In this document: in pieces, positions 48,861 through 59,146 of the stretch
Numbering within the stretch: the first letter of the stretch is position 1
Layout of the letters: each line of letters starts with the position of its first letter
IMG/VR virus record: IMGVR_UViG_3300017917_003822
Coordinates: 124,001 to 188,000 of that record
Reading direction: 5' to 3' (one strand)
DNA: 64,000 nt
Position numbers and translations under genes: made by a program
Notes under the pieces: model-generated
The model's database searches: none
What the model saw: only the letters and a program-made list of their open reading frames with translations
What the model was told of the DNA's origin: nothing

Positions 48861-48907
48861 ATTGAAACTAATTTAAAACCATTCCATATGATATTAAAAA
48901 TCACATT

Positions 48908-49540
48908 ATGAAGGTAGAATTTGCTGAATCATTTGGGGATTCAATTAAGAGACTAATCAGAAGGGAAACTTGGTGGTACAAGACATACTCAACTCTTAGA
49001 TACGATCTCCCACACTTTTTCAAAAACATATATCTATTCAGAAAGAATCTTTGGAACCACAGATGGTGGGATTATCGATTCACACTCGATCTTATGAAGA
49101 CCTCATTGGAAATAATGGAGAAGGGTATGCACAACGGACTGGAGGTACATGAATCTAGGGATAAGAAAATTGCCAAAATGCAAAGGGTTATCCAGATACT
49201 AGATAATATCCAGAAGGATTCCTATATAGAAATGGCAGAATCGGAATTGGGTGATCTTGTGATGAGAGACTGGGAATTTGAGGATATCCCAGATAAACCT
49301 GGATTTTCTAGATTGGTTGATAATGAAACCGAGGCAGAAAAGAAACACAACAGAAGGGTTTTTAGTAGGGCAAGAAAACTGGAAGAATCCGAATGGAATG
49401 AATTGTGGGATATTCTGAAAGGACCTGACCATAGGAAATTCAAAAAGCATTTGAAGACTCTAAGTGAGGAGGAGAGAAATAAAGATTCCGTTTATTATGA
49501 ATGGTTTGATGGATCTGGGTTAAACGGATGGTGGGATTGA
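48908..49540 (+). CDS. Hypothetical protein (common in Bacteroidota phages)
   Basis: ORF ending GLNGWWD. Confidence 0.65.
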   Translation: MKVEFAESFGDSIKRLIRRETWWYKTYSTLRYDLPHFFKNIYLFRKNLWNHRWWDYRFTLDLMKTSLEIMEKGMHNGLEVHESRDKKIAKMQRVIQILDNIQKDSYIEMAESELGDLVMRDWEFEDIPDKPGFSRLVDNETEAEKKHNRRVFSRARKLEESEWNELWDILKGPDHRKFKKHLKTLSEEERNKDSVYYEWFDGSGLNGWWD

Positions 49541-50166
49541 TGAACAAAGTTAAGTACACAGAGAAACAAATTCAGGATGCTTTAGAAAAGCATTATGATA
49601 AGAGTGGAATAAAGTACACAGTCAGTAATTTATATCTGTTTAAGTACAATTGGGAAACTGATTTTCTCGTTGTCCAGAAGGCTTCCAAATACTGCTACGA
49701 AATAGAAATAAAAACTAGCAGAGCGGATTTCTTTAATGATTTCAAGAAAACAGAGAAACACACGATACTTAAAGAGGGTACACACCAGGTAAAAAAATAT
49801 CGTTATAAATATGACCCGGTGACTAAAAGAAACACCCCGGACCATTATTACGAGACTCAGGAATGGAAATTCAGGCCCAATAGATTCTATTATTGCGTAC
49901 CTGAAGATCTAATAAAACCTGAAGAGGTTCCTGATTATGCAGGTCTGATGTATATTAACGATACAAATAAAATCCGAATAGTAAAGGAAGCAACATTTCT
50001 ACATAAAGAAAAACTTGAGTTAATTAAGCCTCTCTGTGACAAGTTTTATTACTACTGGAAAAATGCAAGATCTGCCAATCTTATACTCGAGAAAAAGATT
50101 AATGAATACAAAGAAACTTACAATATAAGCGAATCTAAAAAACCTAAAAAATTCAAAGAAAAATGA
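49540..50166 (+). CDS. PD-(D/E)XK nuclease-like protein (MmcB-like)
   Basis: ETDFL...YEIEIKTSRADF, FYYCVP. Confidence 0.7.
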   Translation: MNKVKYTEKQIQDALEKHYDKSGIKYTVSNLYLFKYNWETDFLVVQKASKYCYEIEIKTSRADFFNDFKKTEKHTILKEGTHQVKKYRYKYDPVTKRNTPDHYYETQEWKFRPNRFYYCVPEDLIKPEEVPDYAGLMYINDTNKIRIVKEATFLHKEKLELIKPLCDKFYYYWKNARSANLILEKKINEYKETYNISESKKPKKFKEK

Positions 50167-50921
50167 TCTGGAACCTTCTAATCAAAAACACAACTCCCTA
50201 CAAAGGAAAACTTAAAGTTAAATTTGAAAAATCACCGTATTACATAGGTTCTTCTTCAGGCAAGTTAAATAAAGTACATCTGAATCTGGGGTTCACTAAA
50301 TTGGTATCCAGAATGATGCCATTCCAAAATTTGGATGGATGGATGGCCGACCCTAAGAAAATCGAGACGATAGAAAAATACACCGGAGGAAAGATAGCTT
50401 CGCATGTTGTTGATAATAGACCTTCCGATGAATTCACTTTACACAATTCATTTCTAACATCCGACAAAAAATATATCGGTGATATAGAGAGGGCCTGGTG
50501 GTATTACACTTCGAATTTGGTCGTGTGCGATGATTACCCACATGGTGTTGCAATAAAAGTTAATCCGGATCTTTTTAAAGGTAATCATAATCCAGTAGAT
50601 TCATACTCAGCTTCATATATCGAGGGGTATTACGGGTACACACACAGGGGTGGATCACTATTTAAAATAGGAGACAGATTATTTGATGCTGACTATGTAC
50701 CAGTTGAAAGTGACTATCCCGAGTGGCAGTGGGCTGGTTGGCAAATAAAATATGATGAATCTCTCAAGAAAGCAAAGAAGGAGAATGATGAATTCACGAT
50801 CAAATATCTCGTTGAGGATGGGGTTGGTTCATTTATACCATTCAGGCTAAGAGGGAGAAAGGAAATAGAAAATCTCGAAGAAGCATTACAAGCAGCAATA
50901 AACCTATCAAAATACCTTTAA
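50163..50921 (+). CDS. Hypothetical protein
   Basis: ORF in operon. Confidence 0.6.
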   Translation: MIWNLLIKNTTPYKGKLKVKFEKSPYYIGSSSGKLNKVHLNLGFTKLVSRMMPFQNLDGWMADPKKIETIEKYTGGKIASHVVDNRPSDEFTLHNSFLTSDKKYIGDIERAWWYYTSNLVVCDDYPHGVAIKVNPDLFKGNHNPVDSYSASYIEGYYGYTHRGGSLFKIGDRLFDADYVPVESDYPEWQWAGWQIKYDESLKKAKKENDEFTIKYLVEDGVGSFIPFRLRGRKEIENLEEALQAAINLSKYL

Positions 50922-51670
50922 TGAAAACTACGGCAATATCCAGAAGAGCATATCAGAAGTATCTGTCAGCTGTCAAGTTGAGCAGCTCCGGTGAGTGGTG
51001 CAAGATAATTAGTAATGATGAATCAAATTCACCAGAACCCTACGCTATTGAAGAATTTATAAACCTTCTATTGGTTGATGATGAGTTTTATTCAAAATGG
51101 GGTGATGATTGTTGTGATGAACTAACCTATGAGGAGAGATATAAGTATTGGTTCGCCAATAATTATGAAACAGGAATGGAATATTACGAGGGGATTGTTC
51201 CAGATTTTGATAATAGTTATTATAGACCCACTCCCAAAAGAAAATTAAGAGAATCCATCACCGAGAAGTACATTGATTTTATATTAAATGAAATGATACC
51301 GTCGGTAATGAGAGTGGAGTTACCTTCACCACAAGAAGACGGAAAGCATCTGTGGGTTAAATTAGGTCCTGTTGTTTACATGGATGTTAAGCTGGATGTT
51401 ATTGAGAGGTACACTAGGTCCGTTTTATTAAGGCTTTCTTTTGACAGATATGAGATTGATCAATTATTTTTTATTCCAATAGAATCTGCACCAACCAGAA
51501 TCAGAGATAAATTTTACAGTAAAATCTCAAGGATAGCTTATCAGGCTTTTCTAGATGACGACAGACGTGATGACGTGAAGAGAATGTATGAGGAGAAGTC
51601 TAGAAAAATATTTTCCTCCATAGGGGATGTCGTTTCGAAAATGAATGACCATAAAAAAGCACAAGAATGA
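50921..51670 (+). CDS. Hypothetical protein
   Basis: ORF in operon. Confidence 0.6.
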   Translation: MKTTAISRRAYQKYLSAVKLSSSGEWCKIISNDESNSPEPYAIEEFINLLLVDDEFYSKWGDDCCDELTYEERYKYWFANNYETGMEYYEGIVPDFDNSYYRPTPKRKLRESITEKYIDFILNEMIPSVMRVELPSPQEDGKHLWVKLGPVVYMDVKLDVIERYTRSVLLRLSFDRYEIDQLFFIPIESAPTRIRDKFYSKISRIAYQAFLDDDRRDDVKRMYEEKSRKIFSSIGDVVSKMNDHKKAQE

Positions 51671-51753
51671 AGTTGATAAGAGGGTTTTTATTTATAGCCG
51701 GTATTATAATTAACAGGCTTAAGAGAAAAAGAAAATCCGTTTGGGATTTATGA
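51667..51753 (+). CDS. Small peptide MKLIRGFLFIAGIIINRLKRKRKSVWDL (absent from ORF track)
   Basis: ATGA overlap with the upstream stop; fills the gap. Confidence 0.35.
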   Translation: MKLIRGFLFIAGIIINRLKRKRKSVWDL

Positions 51754-51777
51754 TAAATTTAAAAAATTAAATACAAT

Positions 51778-51969
51778 ATGGACAGGGAAGAATCAATAAA
51801 AGAAAAACTCAAAGAACTCATTGATGAAATGGAGGAGGTCTGGGGAGAATTAGAGGGATTCGAGGTACGTCTCGAACATCCGATTGTAGAAGGTCAAAGG
51901 CAGTCTTTTGCTAATATAAAGGAGTTTAATATACTATACTTGAAAAGAGAATCGATTATTGTGGATTAG
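51778..51969 (+). CDS. Hypothetical protein
   Basis: ORF. Confidence 0.55.
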   Translation: MDREESIKEKLKELIDEMEEVWGELEGFEVRLEHPIVEGQRQSFANIKEFNILYLKRESIIVD

Positions 51970-52015
51970 TGGATCAATTCCTAAAGATATCTAAAGTAAA
52001 ACACAAACAACAAAC

Positions 52016-52462
52016 ATGAAGAAAAATTCAAAAAAATCGCTGGAGCTTTTAAATTTCGAAGGACCAGTTTTGCTTGCAGTTAAAGATTCGGATGGAATCA
52101 AGATACTGGATCAGTGGAAGAAGGAGGTTGCACACTTAACGGTGGAGGAGCTTAGACAGTTTATGAATGGCGGGATCACTATAACGGATTCCGAAGGAAA
52201 AACTTGGAATTATACAAAAGAACATGAAGGTGCAAAATCTTCGGATGCTGATATTCAGAGATTTCTGAGTACTGATGGAATTGAACCGATAAAAGAACAA
52301 GTAAGGATCTCATTTTCTTCTGACGATAAGGATTATGATTTTGAATCAGTTCTCAATACACAGAGCGGTTATGAATTTGTTAGTTGCGAGAAAATAGAAA
52401 ATCTAACCAATCCGAATTGGCCTAAATGGTCAATTATTGTAAACTATAAAAGAAACTTATAA
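52016..52462 (+). CDS. Hypothetical protein
   Basis: ORF. Confidence 0.6.
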   Translation: MKKNSKKSLELLNFEGPVLLAVKDSDGIKILDQWKKEVAHLTVEELRQFMNGGITITDSEGKTWNYTKEHEGAKSSDADIQRFLSTDGIEPIKEQVRISFSSDDKDYDFESVLNTQSGYEFVSCEKIENLTNPNWPKWSIIVNYKRNL

Positions 52463-52473
52463 ATTCATATGCG

Positions 52474-53115
52474 ATGGAAGATTTAGATAAAAAATACCAG
52501 TCTCTTTTGCAAGATGTTCTTAATAATGGGGTAACAGAGGAGAAACTTTTAGAAATAAAAGAATACTCAGAGAAACAAATTGAGAAAATTAGACAAGAGG
52601 AAGAAAATGAAATCAGGAGGAAAAATTCAGTAAAAAATAAAACTAAATTATCTCAGCTTACATCAGATGATAGAATTTTAGGGATAAGAATTTCATGGAA
52701 TGATGATTCTAAAGGAGTTAAGATAGATGAATTAGGTAATAGTTGGTCTGTTGATATAATTGGGTATTGTGATGTTAGAGGGTATGAGGATAAGAAAAAG
52801 AGAAAAAGTGACTATCATAGAATATCAATTAGTCATAAAAAAGAAGCGTTTGGCCACGCAGTATCACTGACTGATGAGGAATCAGAAAATCCATATTTAC
52901 TAGTTATTGATACTATGGGAAATGGGTACGATTCTTTTTTCACTTTATCACCTGAGACTTGGGAAGAAGATTTAATGAAGGCTTTAATCGACCAAAAAGA
53001 ATGGAGAATTAGACAGCATCATAGAGAAATTTCAATCTTAAGAAAAAAAGTTGGAGCTTTCTTAAAAAGTAAAAATAAAATCAATAAATTCATAAAGAAT
53101 GAACAATCTAGATAA
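52474..53115 (+). CDS. Hypothetical protein beginning with a copy of the ThyA N-terminus
   Basis: MEDLDKKYQSLLQDVLNNGVT matches the next gene's start. Confidence 0.65.
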   Translation: MEDLDKKYQSLLQDVLNNGVTEEKLLEIKEYSEKQIEKIRQEEENEIRRKNSVKNKTKLSQLTSDDRILGIRISWNDDSKGVKIDELGNSWSVDIIGYCDVRGYEDKKKRKSDYHRISISHKKEAFGHAVSLTDEESENPYLLVIDTMGNGYDSFFTLSPETWEEDLMKALIDQKEWRIRQHHREISILRKKVGAFLKSKNKINKFIKNEQSR

Positions 53116-54319
53116 ACAATACCAAGCACTTCTTCAAGACATTCTTGATAATGGGGTAACAAAACAAGACCGTACAGGAACGGGAACAATCTCAGTATTT
53201 GGAAGACAAATCAGACATAAAATGTCAGAAGGGTTTCCACTTCTTACAACTAAGAAAATGCCATTCAAAACCATCGTAACAGAACTTCTTTGGTTCTTAC
53301 GAGGTGATACAAACATCAAATACTTGGTTGATAATAATTGCCATATTTGGGATGGAGATGCTTATAAGAATTATTGCAAATCATTTGAAAATCAATCAAT
53401 TTTGGATAAGTATTCGTTTGATACAGACCCAATCACAATAGAGATGTTTGTTGAGAAAATCAAAACAAATAATGAGTTTGCTAAAAAGTGGGGTGAATTA
53501 GGTCCAATTTACGGTAAGCAATGGAGAAGTTGGGTAAGAGGTGTTGATTATGATGTTGATTATGAAAATGGAATACAGGATGAAATAGACCAAATAACAA
53601 ACTTAATCAACGACCTTAAAACAAATCCAGACTCAAGACGATTAATGGTTAATGCTTGGAATGTTGGAGAATTAGACCAAATGGTTCTTCCACCTTGTCA
53701 TTATGGATTTCAAGTTTATACAAGAGAGTTGAGTGATAGTGAAAGAGCAAAATTATACGAACAGAAAACAAATGTAGACACTTCTTTCTTTCCTGTTCTT
53801 AGAGAAACATTAGATTTTCACAACATTCCAACCAGAGCAATCTCTTTAATGTGGAATCAACGTTCAGTAGATACATTCTTAGGTTTACCATTTAATATTG
53901 CATCGTATGGGCTATTGCTTGAAATTATTGCAAAGGAAGTAAATATGGTTCCTGATGAATTGATTGGTAATTTAGGTGATGTTCATTTATATTCAAATCA
54001 TATTGAACAAGCAAAAGAGCAAATTGGTCGAGAGCTTACATGGGAAGAAAAAATCCAATGGGTAATGAAGAACACTGATGTCGAGCTTGAGAACCTGTAC
54101 ATAACTGAAGCAGCTGCTGCTTTAGAAGCAACAACTAGGTGGCCATACCCTCTACCAACATTAAAAGTCAGTTGGTATATCGATAATTGGAATACTCCAG
54201 AAGCTAAAGAAGTTAGGAAAAACGAGTTTGACGCTTATATAAGACAAATGAGGACTAGTGATTTCATTCTTGAAAATTATAAATCACACCCAGCAATTAA
54301 AGCACCTTTAAGCAATTAA
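53099..54319 (+). CDS. thyA: Thymidylate synthase (with insertions)
   Basis: DRTGTGT, FPLLTTKK, ELLWFLRG, GPIYGKQWR, LPPCH, RSVDTFLGLPFN, HLYSNH. Confidence 0.97.
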   Translation: MNNLDKQYQALLQDILDNGVTKQDRTGTGTISVFGRQIRHKMSEGFPLLTTKKMPFKTIVTELLWFLRGDTNIKYLVDNNCHIWDGDAYKNYCKSFENQSILDKYSFDTDPITIEMFVEKIKTNNEFAKKWGELGPIYGKQWRSWVRGVDYDVDYENGIQDEIDQITNLINDLKTNPDSRRLMVNAWNVGELDQMVLPPCHYGFQVYTRELSDSERAKLYEQKTNVDTSFFPVLRETLDFHNIPTRAISLMWNQRSVDTFLGLPFNIASYGLLLEIIAKEVNMVPDELIGNLGDVHLYSNHIEQAKEQIGRELTWEEKIQWVMKNTDVELENLYITEAAAALEATTRWPYPLPTLKVSWYIDNWNTPEAKEVRKNEFDAYIRQMRTSDFILENYKSHPAIKAPLSN

Positions 54320-54332
54320 ATTAATTTTAAAT

Positions 54333-55229
54333 ATGGAAACATTAAACATCGAAAGAGATACAATATCTCTTGAATTCAGAGATGATGAATTCTTAAACAC
54401 AGCATTTAAAATAAAAATGCAAAGCCCTCATGGAACAATATCCTACTTGGTACCGACTTTGGATGATGCTGGAAATATGTCATTAAATGTTCAGCATAGA
54501 ATGGTCGAGGCATCCGGATATGAAACATCTTCAACCACATCAAAGGAATCTTTAGCTGATCTTTCGAGATTTAATATAGATGCGGAAGGCGAGATCATCA
54601 AAGCGATAGATAACGAGTCACTCATCACATCTCAAAGAAGACTAAAATCAATCTATTACGATCTCGGAAAAAAATCCAGGATGGGCTCGTATGGAAAGTG
54701 GAAATCATTCCTAAACAAGCATCTGGGTATCGATTTCCCGCTGTATGTTTCTGACGATGAAGATATTTGCAAGAAGATATTTTTACTGAGTAATCTGATT
54801 GCAGCTGGATCCAGAAGAGGTCCCGCTAATTTCATAATAGTTTCTGGTGGTATGTGGGCCAGGATAGCTCTGGACCCCTCATGTGTAATCTACGAGAATA
54901 ACAACGATTCTGTCCCTTTTATTCGTCCGGTTGGCAATATTGCAAATAAAATTAACGTCTTTGTAGATTCGTCAACATCTTTCAACAATGGTCTAATCAT
55001 AATGGGAATTAAGACTGAATCCCCATACCCTGGAGTTTTATTTGGCCAGTATTCCAGAGAGGTTTTAAAAATTGACAGCTACGATCCATTTAGCTTTTTA
55101 CCCAATGTTGAATATAAGCTGATTGAAAGATATGCTTTAAGAGATTTTGGTGACCCCGAAAAATGCTATTATACAAACGAAATATTAAATGAAAAGAAAC
55201 CTCTCTGGAGAAGATTGATCGGTGCTTAA
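54333..55229 (+). CDS. T4 gp23/gp24-like capsid protein paralogue (C-terminal part)
   Basis: IAAGSRRGPANFIIVS and VGNIANKINVFVD...IIMGIK resemble the gp23 RG.GNFII and G.L....VYID regions. Confidence 0.6.
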   Translation: METLNIERDTISLEFRDDEFLNTAFKIKMQSPHGTISYLVPTLDDAGNMSLNVQHRMVEASGYETSSTTSKESLADLSRFNIDAEGEIIKAIDNESLITSQRRLKSIYYDLGKKSRMGSYGKWKSFLNKHLGIDFPLYVSDDEDICKKIFLLSNLIAAGSRRGPANFIIVSGGMWARIALDPSCVIYENNNDSVPFIRPVGNIANKINVFVDSSTSFNNGLIIMGIKTESPYPGVLFGQYSREVLKIDSYDPFSFLPNVEYKLIERYALRDFGDPEKCYYTNEILNEKKPLWRRLIGA

Positions 55230-55290
55230 TTGAAACTTAAATGCACACTGGACTTATAATAGAGTGAAGGAAAAACAAATTAAATAATCA

Positions 55291-56400
55291 ATGAGTAAGA
55301 AGAATCAAGAAACAAGCAAGGAATTTTTAAGGGAGTATTTAAATGGATATTCCCCAGTTGCACAGGAAACTGAGGGTCAAAAGATCTGGATCGACTACGT
55401 AAAGGACCTGGTGGGGTTTAGTAATGTTAAGATGGATGCTTATGGTACGGCCTACGCAATAAAGTTTGGTGACCAGCCAGATTTATCATACAGATTTGGT
55501 GAAAGGTATAAAGTTGTAATAGAAGCACACTGTGACGAGATTGCTTGGATCGTAACTTACATAGAGAAGGACGGATTTCTGAGGGTAAAAACCCACGGTG
55601 GATCCGACAACATGATCGCACCATCAAAAACTGTGTTGGTCCACACCCACAACGAAACCAAAGTTAAGGGTGTCTTCGGTTCACCTGCCATTCACGTTAG
55701 AGAAAAAAGAACGGAGATGGGCACTGAGGTGCATGATCTGTGGATAGATCTTGGAGTGGATTCCGATGAGAAAGTAAAAGAGCTTGGTGTTGAAGTTGGT
55801 AACATCGTAACATTCGATACTCAATTTGACGAGATTGGAGATTACTATGTTGGAAGATCATTAGACAACAAGATAGGCGGGTATATCATTGCGGAGACTT
55901 TAAAGAATCTAAAGGATGAGAAACTGCCATACGATCTTTATGTTGTAAATGCGGTGCAAGAGGAAGTTGGATTATTTGGAGCCCGATTAATTGCACAGAC
56001 AATCAAACCTGATATTGCTCTGGTTCACGATGTGTGTCACAACACAAATCACCCTAAAATGAACAAAGCTAAGGACGGAGACATCAAAGGTGGTGAGGGT
56101 CCTTGTTTGGAATACACCGCTCAGAACCACAGAAAAATCATCAAGATGTTCAAGGAAGTTGCTTCAATGAATGAAATTAAGTTACAGAACACAATCGGTT
56201 CTTACGGTAACGATACAGTTTCTTTCTTCCTAGAAAATATACCGACCGCTATCGTTGCTTCCCCGTTGAAATATATGCACACGACAGTTGAGATGGTTCA
56301 CAAAAGGGATGTTGAAGATGTCATTAGGTTGTTTACTCACACCCTAAGAGAGATCACACCGGAATGGATAGATTCCGTCAAATATCCGAAAATCCAATAA
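55291..56400 (+). CDS. M42 family aminopeptidase
   Basis: IEAHCDEI, RSLDNKIG, VQEEVGLFGA, HDV, MHTTVE. Confidence 0.93.
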   Translation: MSKKNQETSKEFLREYLNGYSPVAQETEGQKIWIDYVKDLVGFSNVKMDAYGTAYAIKFGDQPDLSYRFGERYKVVIEAHCDEIAWIVTYIEKDGFLRVKTHGGSDNMIAPSKTVLVHTHNETKVKGVFGSPAIHVREKRTEMGTEVHDLWIDLGVDSDEKVKELGVEVGNIVTFDTQFDEIGDYYVGRSLDNKIGGYIIAETLKNLKDEKLPYDLYVVNAVQEEVGLFGARLIAQTIKPDIALVHDVCHNTNHPKMNKAKDGDIKGGEGPCLEYTAQNHRKIIKMFKEVASMNEIKLQNTIGSYGNDTVSFFLENIPTAIVASPLKYMHTTVEMVHKRDVEDVIRLFTHTLREITPEWIDSVKYPKIQ

Positions 56401-56411
56401 TATTGAAATAG

Positions 56412-56975
56412 ATGATAATACTTAAAGGAAAAAGGAAGGGTATGGTTCATACCATGAATATTGAATGGAGACACATTAGAGCTGTCTTTTTTCCCAGAGG
56501 GTTCCATGAAAAATATGGGTATCTTGGTTCCGTTCCCTACCAAAATGATAGACCCTATTTTAAAGCCATATACCCATTGGTACTCTCCATGGACTATGAA
56601 GCCAAGCCAAAATGGTGTCCAAGATGGTTCCTGAGATTTCTTCATTTATTTGGAAGCGACAATTCAGTGGTTAGAGTTAGAAACTTCTATCTCCATGGTC
56701 TATCAAAGAAGCTAACTAAGGGAATATTTTTCTGGGACTGGAAAACCAAATGGACCGATTATGATCTCCGAATTAGCATCAGCGGACCAGAACATCTTCA
56801 GAATTTAGCGGACGCCATCGAGAGCCAGTTCTACCGAGAAGGATATAGGAATGAGCTGCTGGAAAAAATAAAAGATCTAGCTCCTGATATGGAAATATAC
56901 AACACGTCAACTAGCAATCTGAAAAAAATTCTTGCAGATTTAAGAGGTGACGACGTTGACGATGACCAATTTTAG
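56412..56975 (+). CDS. Hypothetical protein
   Basis: ORF. Confidence 0.6.
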   Translation: MIILKGKRKGMVHTMNIEWRHIRAVFFPRGFHEKYGYLGSVPYQNDRPYFKAIYPLVLSMDYEAKPKWCPRWFLRFLHLFGSDNSVVRVRNFYLHGLSKKLTKGIFFWDWKTKWTDYDLRISISGPEHLQNLADAIESQFYREGYRNELLEKIKDLAPDMEIYNTSTSNLKKILADLRGDDVDDDQF

Positions 56976-57014
56976 AGCTCTTTAAGGAGACTATTTGAAA
57001 AATAATATCAATCC

Positions 57015-57458
57015 ATGGAAAAAAGAAAAAGAGGCGTTATAGCCGGTAATTTCGATGTTATACACCCGGGTTACATCCTAATGTTTAATGAGTGCAAGAA
57101 AAACTGCGAACATCTCTACGTTCTTCTTCATGAAGATCCTAGTTTAGAAAGACCGGAGAAATTAAAACCAGTCCTATCGGTTGACGAGAGAATGTCCATA
57201 CTGGAATCTCTGAGACAGGTACATAGGGTTATAACATACAGGAGAGAATCTGATCTGTATGAAATACTGAGACAGCTTTCCCCCGAGGTTAGATTTCTGG
57301 GTGATGATTATATAGGGAGAGGATTTACAGGGGACGATTTACCGATTGATATTCATTATCTCAACCGAGATCATGGGTGGTCAACGACGAAATATAAGAA
57401 TTTAATAGCTGATAGCGTTAGGAATAATTCCTATCAGGAAACAAAGGATCCGGTTTAA
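57015..57458 (+). CDS. Cytidylyltransferase (TagD/RfaE-like nucleotidyltransferase)
   Basis: GNFDVIHPGY, ER..IL, GDDY, STT. Confidence 0.88.
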   Translation: MEKRKRGVIAGNFDVIHPGYILMFNECKKNCEHLYVLLHEDPSLERPEKLKPVLSVDERMSILESLRQVHRVITYRRESDLYEILRQLSPEVRFLGDDYIGRGFTGDDLPIDIHYLNRDHGWSTTKYKNLIADSVRNNSYQETKDPV

Positions 57459-57630
57459 TTTCCGGATCTTTTTTATTTTTCATATACTCGATCGCAGTTT
57501 GCCCCAGTTGATCCATCAATCCCGGAAGTTTATACCCATTAAGTTGCTCGTCAGAAGATTTACCAACCCCGGGATTCATCGCTTCAAGTCTCTTTGCGAT
57601 ATAATCTAAATATTCTTTGCTTGGTTTCAT
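57418..57630 (-). CDS. Hypothetical protein
   Basis: ORF in a gap, convergent with the cytidylyltransferase. Confidence 0.55.
   Translation of the reverse strand: MKPSKEYLDYIAKRLEAMNPGVGKSSDEQLNGYKLPGLMDQLGQTAIEYMKNKKDPEIKPDPLFPDRNYS
57443..57474. terminator. Bidirectional terminator between convergent genes
   Basis: AAAGGATCCGG...CCGGATCTTTTTT. Confidence 0.7.
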
Positions 57631-57713
57631 AAACTATATAACCAAAATATTTTTTTTAACCGAAAATCTACCCTATATTTGCTAAAAATTAAAAAACTAG
57701 GAAAAATAAATCA

Positions 57714-58163
57714 ATGGAATACTCGCAGTTCGCTGAGATCATACTCAGATTAAAGAAACACTCTGAAAATGTAGATAAGGCATATAAACTCAAAATAGAT
57801 CTGATTGACTTTAATGATGATCTGAATAGAATTATTGATATTCTTATTAAGGAGATTTACGGTGAGGAGGGATATGATTGGTTCACCTGGTTCTGTTACG
57901 AGAATGATTTTGGAGAGAAAGATTGGAGCGGATTACCTTGTTACAGCATGGTTGACGGCAAGATGATTAAAATACACGAGGTTGGAGAAGTTAGGTTTGG
58001 TGCACATGATGAGAATGGGAATCCGATATGTCACTCAATAGAGTCAACCTGGGAATATCTAGAAAAGAACTATAATAAAAGGAGGGAAACCCCATGGGAA
58101 AACATAGAAAAAAATTTCGAAAAGATCAAAAAAAATAAGTCCAATGAGACGGGTAGAAAATAG
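57714..58163 (+). CDS. Hypothetical protein
   Basis: ORF after TATATTTG 57674. Confidence 0.65.
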   Translation: MEYSQFAEIILRLKKHSENVDKAYKLKIDLIDFNDDLNRIIDILIKEIYGEEGYDWFTWFCYENDFGEKDWSGLPCYSMVDGKMIKIHEVGEVRFGAHDENGNPICHSIESTWEYLEKNYNKRRETPWENIEKNFEKIKKNKSNETGRK

Positions 58164-59145
58164 AGAAAGTTTACTAAGAATAATAAAACAAAAAGCAAAT
58201 ATGTTAAGAGAAGAGCTAGAACACCCTAACACAGAAGTAACTGAAATCGAGATGGATGACAATTTTGAAAAGATAGATTTTCATCAATGGTCCATAGTTG
58301 GTGACGGTACATTTTTACCCTCGCCAGAAACAACCAGAACTCTAGTACCGGGAATGTACGATCCACACTATAGCAACAGAGCAGGTGAATGGGGTTTAAG
58401 AAGACAGAGAATTAATACCGACGAACTCTACGAACTTCCAACCAAGGAGATCCAGGTTATATTATCGGATTTAAAAAGCTTCTGGAAAAAGAAAGACATC
58501 TACAAGAAATATAAGCTGATGCACAAAAGAGGGATTTTACTTTATGGTGATCCCGGATGTGGTAAATCTGGAATACTACAGCTCTGTATGAAACATATTA
58601 TTGAGGATCTATCCGGACTGGTTATCAATTTAAAGGACGATGAGGCGGTGAGAGGTTATATTGACATCATTCCTAAATTAAGACAGATAGAACCTGAAAG
58701 ACCTCTGGTTGTAATTATTGAGGATATTGATGCTATTGCTGGGGACAGCAGCTATATAACATCTCAGCTCTTAAATCTATTGGATGGAGTAAAACAGATT
58801 GAAAATGTTGTTTACATAGCAACAACAAACTACCCGGAAAAGTTGGCAGAGAGAATCACCAACAGGCCATCCAGATTTGACAGAAGATACCTTATTGAAC
58901 CTCCAACCAGAGAGGTTAGACTATCATATCTTAAAAATAAGATAGGCGAGGAAGCTAAAATTGATTTTGAAACATGGGTGGATGACACTGAGGGCATGTC
59001 AATGTCACATTTAAAGGAGCTTTTCATTTCCGTCTTCCTTCTTGACAACAAGTATGATGATGCAATAGCTAATTTGAGAGAACTTAAGAAGTCTCCAAGA
59101 ACTAAGAAACAAAAATCCATGGGATTCGACCGAGATAGAACATAA
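58144..59145 (+). CDS. AAA+ ATPase
   Basis: Walker A GDPGCGKS, Walker B IIEDID, LLNLLDG, TTNYPEKL, RPSRFDR. Confidence 0.92.
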   Translation: MRRVENRESLLRIIKQKANMLREELEHPNTEVTEIEMDDNFEKIDFHQWSIVGDGTFLPSPETTRTLVPGMYDPHYSNRAGEWGLRRQRINTDELYELPTKEIQVILSDLKSFWKKKDIYKKYKLMHKRGILLYGDPGCGKSGILQLCMKHIIEDLSGLVINLKDDEAVRGYIDIIPKLRQIEPERPLVVIIEDIDAIAGDSSYITSQLLNLLDGVKQIENVVYIATTNYPEKLAERITNRPSRFDRRYLIEPPTREVRLSYLKNKIGEEAKIDFETWVDDTEGMSMSHLKELFISVFLLDNKYDDAIANLRELKKSPRTKKQKSMGFDRDRT

Positions 59146-59146
59146 T

